Source: Octopus sinensis
Taxonomy: Eukaryota
Direction: 5' to 3'
Length of the DNA: 64,000 nt
NCBI RefSeq assembly: GCF_006345805.1
Contig: NC_043022.1
Coordinates: 21,824,001-21,888,000 of the forward strand
Part shown: positions 25,317 to 37,530 of the stretch, piece after piece
Layout: each line of letters begins with the position of its first letter
How positions within the stretch are numbered: position 1 is the first letter of the stretch
The notes under the pieces: generated by a model
Told to the model about the DNA's origin: nothing
Seen by the model: only the letters and a program-made list of their open reading frames with translations
The model's database searches: none
Translations under genes and position numbers: made by a program

Positions 25317-25935
25317 CCCTTTCGTTACTGTATTTATTTTGAGATGGTGGAGGTGCAATGGCCCAGTCGTTAGGGCAGCGGACTCGCGACCAAAGGATCG
25401 CGGGTTTCGATTCCCAGACCGGGCGTTGTGAGTGTTTATTGAGCGAAAACACCTAAAGCTCCACGAGGCTCCGGCAGGGGATAGTAGTGATCCCTGCTGT
25501 ACTCTTTCACCACAAGTTTCTCTCACTCTTACTTTCTGTTTCTGTTGTACCTGTATTTCAAAGGGCCGGCCTTGTCACTCTCTGTGTCACGCTGAATATC
25601 CCCGAGAACTACGTTAAGGGTACACGTGTCTGTGGAGTGCTCAGCCACTTACACATTAATTTCACAAGCAGGCTGTTCCATTGATTCGGATCAACCGGAA
25701 CCCTCGTCATCATAACCGACGGAGTGCTTCCATCCATTTTGAGATGCTCTGTGTTTCTTTCAGTTACTTTCAATGTAACAAAGAATTTAGTAAAATAACT
25801 TAGTTATCAATAAGCAAGTGTTAGGAACATGAATTGTGACTAAGGTTTTGGTGGAAGATTTTAATTCAAAACTTATGAAAACAAGACATTTGTACTCAGA
25901 GCCAGTTTCAGCCAGGTTGGTAACAAAAGGGTTAA
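25317..25935. mobile_element. piggyBac-like MITE (ccctttcgttac TIR) containing SINE C (25347-25735, 11-bp TSD attttgagatg)
   Basis: ttaaccctttcgttac / gtaacaaaagggttaa; TSD at 25336-25346 and 25736-25746. Confidence 0.8.
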
Positions 25936-26151
25936 AACCAAATATTTTAAAGACTTGTAGGACACCGTATTTCATTATGCAGCCATAATTCTGACGAAAG
26001 AGATTTTGCTAATTACCTTCTTGGTGTAGGACATGGTAACACTTCTGTTGAACAAAGCAAAGCCTAGGTGAATTCAAAATCGAACCACCTAATGACACTT
26101 GCCTTGAAAGTGGTACTCTTTCAGATCTATGGGATTATAATAATAACATAA

Positions 26152-26391
<240 letters not shown>

Positions 26392-26569
26392 TGAGTATAT
26401 GCTTCTTTCCTATAGAGACTGGTATATTTTGGAAATGAATGATAGACGGATTGAGGAAAAAAGTGCTGTAGAAGGACGTTTGGATTGTGGATTGTGGGTA
26501 TATGTATCATCATTTTTTTTTGTGTTTTTCTCATGCTTGTGTGAGTTGTGAGATATGTATTACCAGCGT

Positions 26570-26950
26570 TGCCTTAAAGAGCACCATCCGAACGTGCTCG
26601 TTGCCAGAGCGGCTATCTGGCCTCCATGCTGGAGGCACGTAAAAGACACCATTCGAGCGTGATTGTTACCAGCATCACCTTACTGGCACCTGTGCCGGTG
26701 GCATGTGTAAAAGAATTGAGTGAGGTCGTTGCCAGTACTGCCTGACTAGCCCCGTGCCGGTGGCACATAAAAGCACCCACTACACTCTCGGAGTGGTTGG
26801 CGTTTAGGAAGGGCATCCAGCTGTAGAAACTCTGCCAGATCAAGATTGGAGCCTGGTGCAGCCATCTGGTTCGCCAGCCCTCAGTCATTCGTCCAACCCA
26901 TGCTAGCATGGAAAGCGGACGTTAAACAACGATGATGATTATGATGATGG
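26570..26950 (+). mobile_element. RTE 3'UTR family copy with (GAT)n tail
   Basis: aggaagggcatccagctgtagaaac...gcatggaaagcggacgttaaac.acgatgatgat. Confidence 0.8.
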
Positions 26951-27464
26951 TGTATTGAAGCAATATTCTGTGACTGGATGCCTTTCCTGTCATTAAGCCT
27001 TACTGCCAAGCTACAAGGACATATTGTTCACAGATATAAACAGTATTTGTGAAGATGTTTGGTTATGAATTGAATTCATTACTATACATAATCATACCAA
27101 AACCTGTGTGTGTGTGTGTGTGAATTTTGTATGAAACTATTCTAGCTTCACCTCTGATGACATTGTCTATACGTGTTCATCATTTTAATGTGGCAGATAA
27201 TGATTTGAGTGTGATTTGGATGCTATTTCTCAGTGATTGAGTGGTAAAGGTTCTATTAGCTGCAGTAGTTATTATTGTTCAGCCCTAATCATCATCTAAT
27301 TAAACTGACAAATGTGGCATATCAGAGACGTGACACATGGTTCTGGGTTCAGTTCCACTGTGTGGCACCTTAGGCAAATGCCTTTTACTATTGCCCCAGG
27401 CTAACAAAAGCCTTGTGAGTGGATTAGACAGACACAAACTGAAAGAAGACCTTCGTGTGTGTGT

Positions 27465-27787
27465 GTGTGTGTATGTAATAATAATAATAATATTAATAAT
27501 GAAATTATTGTATACAGTGCTCAGGTGCACCACAACTTGTCAAAAAGTGCGTATAAAGTATATGCAGTAATATACAAATGTCTGGAAAGCAAACAATGTA
27601 TGAGTCAGATACATGCTTGCGTGTGTATGGAGGGGAGAAAATCAGGTGTAGTGTTGGCAAATCTCAGGAAGCATGGAAGTTTTGAAGGATGCAGTGCTCC
27701 GACAACTAACAACTGATGCCGGCAGTTTGTTCCATGCTTCAGCAACTCTCAGCATGAAAAAATGTTTCCTAAAGTCATGGGAGCTGT
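27465..27787 (-). mobile_element. CR1 3' fragment
   Basis: Near-identical to 5317-5710. Confidence 0.85.
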
Positions 27788-28189
27788 GTGTTCCTTACCA
27801 CTGCTTGACAACCAGTGTTGGTTTGTTTGCATCCCCATAACTTGGCAGTTCAACGAAGGTAACCAATAGAATAAGTACAAGGTTTTTTTTTTTTTTAAAA
27901 GTCCTGGGGTCGATTTGTCCTGCTGAAGCCCTTCAATGAGGAAAAGATGAAGATAATTATTTGTTCCATTCTTTTTGATCTGATTTCAAATCCCACTGAA
28001 ATTAATGTTGCCTTTCATCCCTCCAGGGACCAATACTTGTGCCTAAATTAGAAGTTAATATTTTACTGTTATTATTCTTTGTTATTCCTTTTGTCTTTAC
28101 ATGTTAACATTTGAGATGAAACTATACAATATATCCTTTTGTTCATTCCATAACTGCTGCTGCTGTTGATGATGATGATGATGATCCAG

Positions 28190-28457
28190 GTTTCAACAAC
28201 TGTGTGGCCAAGCTTATTTGGCACTTCGCAAACATGCCAAGCTTTTCATCACCCTTTTCACACTGATGCTCTCTTGTGGCATCCCCGAGTTACAGTCAAT
28301 GGATGACATAGGATACCTTCGCAAGACACTGGCTGTGGAGAAATCTGAGCAGGAAGCTGCCACTTATTTTCAGGAACAATTCAATAATGCCTATGGCGGC
28401 TCTTGGACAACTAAGCTGGACTGGTTCTTCCATTACCTGCACAACCGGAATCGGTGA
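28190..28457 (+). CDS. PIK3CA: PI3K terminal coding exon (...[25 protein letters not shown])
   Basis: ccag acceptor, TGA stop; homologous to p110a GMPELQSFDDI...GGWTTKMDWIFH. Confidence 0.95.
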
Positions 28458-29139
28458 GAAACAGACACAATCCCAAACATAAACACGACCTTGCAAGCAG
28501 AGAGAGACATATGTTCATGCATCATATATATGCATATATATATATATGTGTGTATACAGACACACACTTATAGTAAATAAACATATGCTGAAAGTGCGTG
28601 CGTGTGTGTGTGTATGTGTGTGCATGTGTGTGCGTGTGTGTGTGTACATATATGTATGATTGCTGTGTGTAATATAAATTACATATGTGTGTTGTGTATG
28701 TGTGTGACTATATATGTATATATATACACACACACAGACATATATAAACATACACACACACATCCTGATAACTTCCCTTTCTCTTTGGTTTTTCACGTTT
28801 TTTTCCTCAATATTTAAATTTTTTTTTTTTCCTTAACTTATCCCACCCAAGTGCTCCAAGACATCCTCTTTAATTGCACCAGGACACCATCATTATAATC
28901 ATTATCATTGTCACCTACACCTACACCACCACTACCACCACCATTGTCTGACAGATTCTTGTCACTTGCCACCACCTTTTTTTCTTCTTCCTCCCACCCA
29001 TTCTATCCGTCTCTGACTTCTTCCATCTGACCATCTTCATTGCTCATTTCGCCTTGTCATCTTCATGCTCTTGTCTTGTACTTTCACTTCTATCTTCTCT
29101 CTGAATACTTCTGAAAGGGAAACAAAATATTCACACCCA

Positions 29140-29221
29140 CATGTGTGTGTGTGTGTGTGTGTATGTGTGTGCATGTGTGTGCGTGTGTGTGTGTGTGTGT
29201 GTGTATGTATACATGTGTATG

Positions 29222-29284
<63 letters not shown>

Positions 29285-29306
29285 GTATATATATATACAT
29301 ATACAT

Positions 29307-29385
<79 letters not shown>
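29140..29385. repeat. Compound (TG)n/(TA)n microsatellite in the putative PIK3CA 3'UTR
   Basis: Direct reading. Confidence 0.95.
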
Positions 29386-29391
<6 letters not shown>

Positions 29392-29610
29392 TAAAACAAG
29401 CAAAAATGTTACATGACAATGAAAAAAATTTTAAAAGCAACAAAAAAATACTGGCCCCTGTCCCCATTCCCTTGAGTGATGCCAAATAGGCTGTTTTAGT
29501 CTGGCTTTCTTGCTCTTATTATATATATTCTGAAATAAATAACCCATCCCTCAAAAAATGTATATATATATATACATATACATATATATATATAAATATG
29601 AAAAACATTG

Positions 29611-29660
29611 AATAAAACAATGTCTGTATCTATTGATCTTTGTCTATGTTTGTTTTTGTG
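29611..29660 (+). terminator. Candidate PIK3CA polyadenylation signal
   Basis: AATAAA at 29611 followed by GT/T-rich element (tttgtctatgtttgtttttgtg); other AATAAA hexamers exist nearer the stop. Confidence 0.4.
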
Positions 29661-29684
29661 AAGCTCAAATCTGAATATGTGTAA

Positions 29685-30082
29685 TCTTTATATATGAAAG
29701 TCAAGTTGTGTGTCTGTCTCCTACGATTTAGATTCCTAACTACTCCCACATTTTGCAGTGCAGTTTAACCAAAACTGGGTATCTTATAGTCGTCATTCAT
29801 ATCGAGCCCTTCTGGGTATTAGCGTGCGTCTACGATGAGTCTACGATTTAAAAAAAAATTTACCATCATTTTTTTTCCATTTTAATGCATTTTTTCGCTA
29901 TTATATAAGGGAAGTAACTCTCTAAAAATGTCTACGATGAGTCAACGATTTAAAAAAAAATTTACCATAATTTTTTTCCCATTTTTAATGCATTTTTTGC
30001 TATTTTTTGGCTCTAACTCTCTAAAAATGCTTATATAGTTATTTCCCTTACAAACCCGAGCAACGCCAGGCGATACTGCTAG
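29685..30082 (+). mobile_element. Non-autonomous Helitron with internal ~98-bp duplication
   Basis: A|TC start, cccgagcaacgccagg hairpin, CTAG|T end. Confidence 0.8.
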
Positions 30083-30204
30083 TGAAAGATAAATATGAAC
30101 CAAGAGGAATAACATAAAGTGACCAGTAAACATGAATTTGGGTAGCACAGACAATGAAAGCTATACTAAATACAGGAAAAATTTTTGTTCATCTTCAAGG
30201 TAAG

Positions 30205-30675
30205 TTCCCCAAAGTCCATCCCCTCCTCACCGTGGTGGGGACGCTGGCAACGGGTAGTGTCAGAGCTATGCCGTCGGGAACTTCAGTTCCTGGAAGGGCC
30301 ACCCAAGGCGGATTGGTCTGACACCAAGTGGTATTAGAGCCATATGTGTGTGAATATATATGTATATATATATACACACACACAGACATATATAAACATA
30401 CACACACACATCCTGATAACTTCCCTTTCTCTTTGGTTTGTCACGTTTTTTTTCCTCAGAGTGTCTGCTTCGGCAACTGGCGGCTCCTTGGTTGTTCTGT
30501 CCCTGCGTCTGCGGACAATCTGTGGCAAACAGGATTTCTCCGCATGCGAGATTGTTGGGGACCACTTGTGAAATCCACATATTCCCACGAAACTTCTTCC
30601 ACGAGTAGAAGCTGACTCGACCCGCCCAGTGTGAAAGTCACCACAAGTACAAGTAAGTAAGTACAAGGTAAGGTA
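30205..30675 (+). mobile_element. Composite insertion: unknown 140 bp, PIK3CA 3'UTR copy and RTE-like 3' end with (AAGT)n tail
   Basis: 30344-30458 matches 28698-28809; tail matches 38150-38207; caaggtaag at 30196 and 30664. Confidence 0.55.
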
Positions 30676-31999
30676 AGCAAATGGTTAGTGATACCTACTA
30701 CTAATTCTGAATGAGATGTGATAATCTTAAAAAAAAGATTTTTTTTTTTTGTGTGATTTAGCCCATGATTTAGTAGATCCTGAATGTTGTATTCACGGTT
30801 TCTTATATCAGGATCGATGTTCTTTTCCAAGAATATGGTAGGCTGTGAGTGCACATCAATGAAGAGGCCCAAAATGGCAAAAATACAGCTGGCTGAAGCT
30901 GGGTGATTTTTCATCTTCCTTCAATATTTATTGTATTTTTAACACTGGAGATTCATAAAAGATTTATCTCAGGACAAATACTGCAGTAGCTAGCCTATCA
31001 ATGGTGTATATACATTAAGTGTGATGGCTGGATCTATTCATATATATATATATATATATATATATTGGTAAAAACGGTAAGATAACAAAAGAAAGAAAGA
31101 GACCTCAATATTATGTAAATAGAGGAAATTTATCTATAAAATAATATGTTACATTACCTTGACTATTGAGTAATGTAACATATTATTTTATATATATATA
31201 TATATATATTTATGGTCTCATAAAATTAAAAAGTCAATAAAAGAAAATGTTGAAGAAAAATTAAAAAGATGCTTGGTTCATTTTATTTGTATTACAATTG
31301 GAAAAGTAATGCAAATTCAAAGATTAAATGATATGCCTATAAGAACAAGTATAAAAGGAACATCAACAAAATAACCCCAAAATAGCCCAAAAGATATTCT
31401 ACATATGTTTCAATATAACAATATTTTAGAATCATTAATAATTGTAACTTTTAAAAATGTAATAAGCGGTATATTGTTAGATGTCTTCAGGAAAAGTAAT
31501 TATATTTTAGTCTTGGACTTATTTGAAGACTGTGTTTTGGAATTTTCAAATGCAAACTATTTTGAAAGAATCAGAGTTCATGTGATTAGAAATTTAGCTA
31601 GTATTGAACATTAAGATGCTACTAAAGCATCAAAATTATTTGAAATAAATATATGTATTATATTTATACTTATAAAGGTCTATGTGAGGGAGGTGGTAGA
31701 AAGACAGATGTAATATACAAAAATTATATTGGGAAATGTAAATAAAGATTGGATGAATGACATTGGTGTTATTTACGAATTAAATTAGTTAGGATATAAT
31801 TTCCAGTGTTCAAAGAAAAAATATTTTGTAGTTAAAATATAAGGTGTATAAAGACTGTATAATACTTTGTTGTGAAAAGCTAGAGAAATTAAAATACAGG
31901 ATAAATTCTCTAGGTCAAAATTAGAGTAACTAGTGATCTCCCTTCATTTCATATATCTCTTATTATAAAAGGCAGATTTTATCTGCCTCCCTTTGTATA

Positions 32000-32352
32000 T
32001 CTTTATATATATAAACGGCAAAATGTCTGCGTGTGTGTCCTTTATACAAATCCACAATTTTTCAGTTAGAGGGCTCGCACTTTCTATGGTAATTCAAAAC
32101 CGTCCAAGGGTGGTCGTGCACATCTTTACATTTCCCCAGTCACCCTGCAAGGCCATTAAAAAATCAATAGAAGTGAATTTTTTGGGAATTTTCTATCCAA
32201 AACCCAATCAAAATGATACACCAATTGAATGCCAGCTAGTTGTATGTGATTGGTCGGAGATTTGGACAGTACTCGTGTGTATGTGCGCACGCATGCAGCT
32301 ATACATGCATGCACTAGCACTATGACCCGGTGTTGCCGGGTCATAGTGCTAG
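32000..32352 (+). mobile_element. Non-autonomous Helitron
   Basis: A|TC...CTAG|T; terminal palindrome 32313-32353. Confidence 0.8.
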
Positions 32353-32885
32353 TATATGTATAATCGTGTCATTCAATGTTTTAAAAACGAAAAATAACTT
32401 GTGTTTCCCTTTAGTAATATGTCTGTAAGTTATATGGATAAAATAGATAGCAATATGTATGTGTAGTTTAAATCTTCATATTTATTGGAGAGTATTGTAG
32501 TTTGCTTGAAGCATTGTGTATTGTTTGTAAAAATGTGTCTAGAATGTCACAACAATGCACTATAACAACAACAATGGACTATAATAACTGTTATAGTTGG
32601 TACGTGGTAAATTTGCCAAGTGTGTTGTTGTTCTTCTTTATCACCAATAGCCATTTGAGTTGGTAAGCTGTTCTACAAAAGTTGGCTTCCAGGTTGAATA
32701 AGATTTTCTCGTTCTGCTGTTGGCTCAAGATAGATTTAGGGCTCGGACTGAGATATATATTAAAAGTACCAATAGTCATAAATGCTGGATTATAATATTT
32801 TATAAAAATAAAAATAAACAAAAAAAATTTCAAAATACAGCATTTATGTAAAAATAGGGTTGATTTTGGGGTTTGTTTAATGTTA

Positions 32886-34160
32886 ATCATCATCATCATC
32901 ATCATCATTTAGCGTCCGCTTTCCATGCTAGCATGGGTTGGATGGTTCAACTGGGGTCTGGGAAGCCAGAAGGCTGCAATAGGCCCAGTCTGATCTGGCG
33001 ATGTTTCTACGGCTGGATGCCCTTCCTAATGCCAACCACTCCGTGAGTGTAGTGGGTACTTTTTACGCGCCACCCACACAGGTGCCAGGCGGGGCTGGCA
33101 AACGGCCACGGACTGATGGTGCTTTTTATATGCCACTGGCACGGGGGCCAGGCAAGGCTGGCAACGGCCACGATCGGATGGTGCTTTTTATGTGCCACTG
33201 GCACGGAGGCTAGTTGGGGTGGCGCTGGCAACGGCCACATCGGGTGGTGCTTTTTACATGCCACCGGCACGGGGGCCAGGCGAGGCTGGCAATGGCCACG
33301 ATTGGATGGTGCTTTTTACGTGCCACCGGCACTGGTATCACAGCTGCAATTTCCATTGAAATGACCATGGAAATGACTAGAGACCGAGACCTATGGAAGT
33401 ATGCTGTGCGTGAGAAGACCCGGCAAGACTAGTGAAGCCATAACCCGTGGCCCCTACCTGGGACGTAGTCAGTCCACCTGTGCATACCTTCCTGCTTGTG
33501 ACACTTGTGAAGACCTGTTGAGGCAAGTGAAAATCAAATCAAATCAAAATAGATGAACATCAATGGAATTTGTATCCTTGTGGTACCAGTGCCGGCGGCA
33601 CATAAGAAAACCATCCGAACGGGACCGTAGCCAGTACCGCATCGACTGGCCCCCGTGCTGTGGGCATGTAACAAACACCATCCGATCGTGGCCGTTCGCC
33701 AGCCTCGTCTGGCACCTGTGTCGGTGGCACATAAGAAAACACCATCTGAGTGTGGCCGTCTGCTAGCCTCGTCTGGCACCTGTGTCGGTGGCACATAAAA
33801 AACACCATCCGAGCATGGCCGTCTGCTAGCCTCGTCTGGCACCTGTGTCGGTGGCACATAAAAAACACCATCCGAGCATGGCCGTCTGCCAGCCTCGTCT
33901 GGCACCTGTGTCGGTGGCACATAAAAAACACCATCCGAGCGTGGCCGTCTGCCAGCCTCGTCTGGCACCTGTGTCGGTGGCACATAAAATCACCCACTAC
34001 ACTCTCGGAGTGGTTGGCGTTAGGAAGGGCATCCAGCTGTAGAAACACTGCCAGATCTGACTGGCCTGGTGCAGCCTTCGGGCTTGCCAGACCCCAGTTG
34101 AACCGTCCAACCCATGCTAGCATGGAAAGCGGACGTTAAACAATGATGATGATGATGATG
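32886..34160. mobile_element. Head-to-head pair of RTE 3' ends with a 63-bp minisatellite (about 33680-33990)
   Basis: (CAT)n tail on the left, (GAT)n tail on the right; ORF end RDLWKYAVREKTRQD* at 33385-33432. Confidence 0.8.
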
Positions 34161-34383
34161 ATTCTATTTAAAGATGAGATAGATAATATAGATTTTAGAA
34201 TTTATGGGAGCAACTGTCTTTGAAGACTCATATTGTTGTTGAATGCTCAAAATGAGAAATAGATAGACAACCAACAACTGATGAAGGGTCATTTCTCTGT
34301 GCTTGTCCTGTTTTCCATTTTTTCTCTCGCTGTTTCTGTATTTAACTCATTTGTCTACGTATTTCATGTTGTTTACACAGTTG

Positions 34384-34438
<55 letters not shown>

Positions 34439-34899
34439 TATTTATTATTAATATATATATTTTATATATATATTGAACCAAATTTGACGACAGGCACCTA
34501 TGCAAGTGGAGCGCTAACAGCTCCATCTGAGCGGGATCACTGCCAGAGCAGCTGGCTGGCTTCCGTGCCGGTGGCACGTAAAAAGCACCATTTAAGCGTG
34601 ATCATTACCAGCGTCGCCTTACTGGCACTTGTGCAGGTGGCACGTAAAAAACACCATTTGCGCGTGGCCATTGCCAGTACTGCCAGACTGGCTCTCGTGC
34701 TGGTGGCACGTAAAAGCACCCACTATACACTCGGAGTGGTTGGCGTTAGGAAGGGCATCAAGCTGTAGAAACTGCCAGATCAGAATGGAGCCTGGTGCAG
34801 CCATGTGGTTCGCCAGTCCTCAGTCAAAGTGTCCAACCCATGCTAGCATGGAAAGCGGACGTTAATGATGATGATGACATATATGCACATTCGCCATGA

Positions 34900-35090
34900 T
34901 AGATCGCTAGCCACTACACTTTCTTTATTTTCTCTGTTTGTTTCTTTCTGTGTTCCTGTTTGTGGAAGAGCGTAGGCTCAAAACGTTAAAGACTTTTTCA
35001 TTTCCCAAGCGTTATACTAATACATCTGTTTGTTGTCTACACCACCTGCCTTCGTCTTTTGCTTTTTTTTGTGAATTCTCCCCCTATATA
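34900..35090 (+). mobile_element. Penelope-like terminal repeat with degenerate hammerhead
   Basis: ttgtgga-a-gagc-gtag-gctc-aaaacgtt; inverted relative at 35545-35680. Confidence 0.55.
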
Positions 35091-35544
35091 TATGCACATA
35101 TTGCTGGTTATATAAATCTTCAACTCTTTGATCTATAACTAGTTTGATAAGCATCAACACATGAACCTTTCGGCCCTTGAGTCACTCTGTTAATTCTATT
35201 AAATATTGGTTTCAAATTTTGGCACAAGGTCAGCAATTTTGGGAGAGGCAGCTAGTCGATTACATTCACCCCAGTGCTAAGTTGGTACTTATTTTATCAG
35301 CCCTGAAAAGATAAAAGGCAAAGTTGACCCTGGTGGCATTTGAACTCAGAACAAAGATCAACAAAATGCTGCTAAGCATTTCGTCAGGCATGCTAACAAT
35401 TCTGCCAGCTCGAGACCTTGCTTCTCTTAAAATATTAATAAAAAAATGTATATACTCATGTTTTGAGTTCTATTTTTCCTGTTTGCATCACCAAACCTCT
35501 ATGTATGGGTGTGTGTATATATACATATATATTTATATATATAT

Positions 35545-35680
35545 ATGTATGGAGAGTTTACGTAAAAAACAAAAGTTGAAGACAGGTGGTGTACAAAACA
35601 AACAGATGTATTAGTATAACGCTCAGGAATAGAAAAATCTTTTACATTTCGAGTTTATGCTCTTCTACAGAAAGGGACAC
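35545..35680 (-). mobile_element. Penelope-like terminal repeat with degenerate hammerhead
   Basis: Reverse strand cttt-CTGTAGA-a-gagc-ataa-actc-GAAA-tGTA-aaag. Confidence 0.55.
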
Positions 35681-36093
35681 ATATACACACACATACACAC
35701 ACACACAAACAAGTACAAATATAAATGCATACACAGATACTTATGTATTGATAATTATATACTAATTAACTATAAACTGCATAAATTATAGACAGTTAAC
35801 TAAACAATGTTAATAATTTAGACATTGTTGGATACAACAGAAATTAAAGTAACATTCTAAAATTAGACTGCCCAGCTTTCTGTCATATATCCTGTACCAG
35901 ATATTTCAGAGCAAACAAGTAGAGATGACTGCTCCGTTAATAATGCAATGTCCAAATTTATTTTGTTCTGAGATCCTTTATACAATTCTTTTTAAAAAAG
36001 TCACTGAAGCCATATATTTTATGGACAACTACTACTACCTTAATTTTGATAAGATTGTAAATAAAATAAAAAAAGAGAGAAATTATTCATATA

Positions 36094-36432
36094 GGCGTAG
36101 GAGTGGCTGTGGGGTAAGTAGCTTGCTTACCAACCACATGGTTCTGGGTTCAGTCCCACTGCATGGCACCTTGGGCAAGTGTCTTCTGCTATAGTCTCGG
36201 GCTGACCAAATCCTTGTGAGTGGATTTGGTAGACGGAAACTGAAAGAAGCCTGTTGTATATATATATATGTATGTGTGTGTTTGTATTTGTCCCCCCACC
36301 CCCCACCCCCAACATCGCTTGACAACCAGTTTGGTTAAAGAGACCGATAGAATAAGTACTGGGGTTGATTTGCTCGACTAAAGGTGGTGCTCCAGCATGG
36401 CCACAGTCAAATGACGGAAAGAAAAGAGTAAA
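36094..36432 (+). mobile_element. SINE family A
   Basis: Head ggcgtaggagtggctgtgggg; tail aaaagagtaaaa. Confidence 0.85.
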
Positions 36433-36829
36433 AAGTGTAAAGAGTATATGAATATCATGTCTTTCATTTTTGTATTTGGTTTGCAAGATTCCTCGTGTGA
36501 AAATGTTTTATAACAGATTTTGTTGTATCCTGGGAGAAACCAATAAGAAACATGTACTGGTTTTGCTTCGCTTATATTATTATTATTATTATTGTGCTGG
36601 TGCCATGTAAAAGCATTTGTGCCATTGCCACATAAAAAGCACTCGGGTTGGCGTTAGAAAGGGCATCCAGCCATAGAAACAATGCTAAAACAGACACCTT
36701 GAGCCTGGGTATCTCTCCAGCTGGCTAGGTCCTATAAAAACTGTCCAACCCATGCCAGCATGAAAAACAGGCATAAAATGATGATAATGAATCAACTAGT
36801 CAAATCTTAAACCAATTAGCTGATTGATT

Positions 36830-37130
36830 GTTTGATTAATTGTTTGGTCAGCTGGTTCTTTGTGCTCCACTGATCCAGTTGCTTTCACCAAATGTTCTAC
36901 CTCAGATGTTTCAAAACATTGTAGTAGAACTCTTGATTGATGGTCTGGCCCTGGAAGATGAATTCTCGGTGCACAATACCACATTTGTTCGGGTGGCACT
37001 CGTGGCAGGTCTTCCAGATCGCTCATCATTTTCCAGAGACATTCTTCCACTTTTGAAACTCATGTGCCACTTGAAACATTGCATACGACCCATTGCCTCA
37101 GTGCCGTAAGCTTACCGAAAACATGCTCAA
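36830..37130 (-). mobile_element. mariner transposase N-terminal relic
   Basis: FKWHMSFKSGRMSLENDERSGRP motif. Confidence 0.65.
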
Positions 37131-37159
37131 TGTCTCAGAGGCAGACAAATCAGGTGTGG

Positions 37160-37530
37160 TGTTGGCGGTGTTATGGACTGTGATGAGCTATGTGGTGTTG
37201 GTGGAGAGGATGACAGATGAGGTGGGCGGAAGTAAGGCTTGCAGGGGCTGTTAGAAGAGTGAAAGGCGCATGCATGGACAGGAAGTGTGGTGTTATGGGC
37301 TGTGATGAGCTTTGTGGTGTTGGTGGAGAGGATGACAGATGAGGTGGGCAGAAGCAAGGCTTGCAGGGGCTGGCGGAAGAGTGAAAGGCGCATGCATGGA
37401 CAGGAAGTGTGGTGTTATGGGCTGTGATGAGCTATGTGGTGTTGGTGGAGAGGATGACAGATGAGGTGGGTGGAAGCAAGGCTTGCAGGGGCCGGCGGAA
37501 GAGTGAAAGGTGCATGCGTGGGCAGGAAGC
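37160..37530. repeat. 122-bp minisatellite, about 3 units
   Basis: gagaggatgac recurs at 37204, 37326 and 37448. Confidence 0.9.

Noticed and set aside
28515-29485. Many YI/HT/CV repeat ORFs
   Set aside because: Translations of (TA)n and (TG)n microsatellites
33680-33990. 63-bp repeat array and 184-bp arrays as CRISPR-like
   Set aside because: No unique spacers; eukaryotic retroelement context
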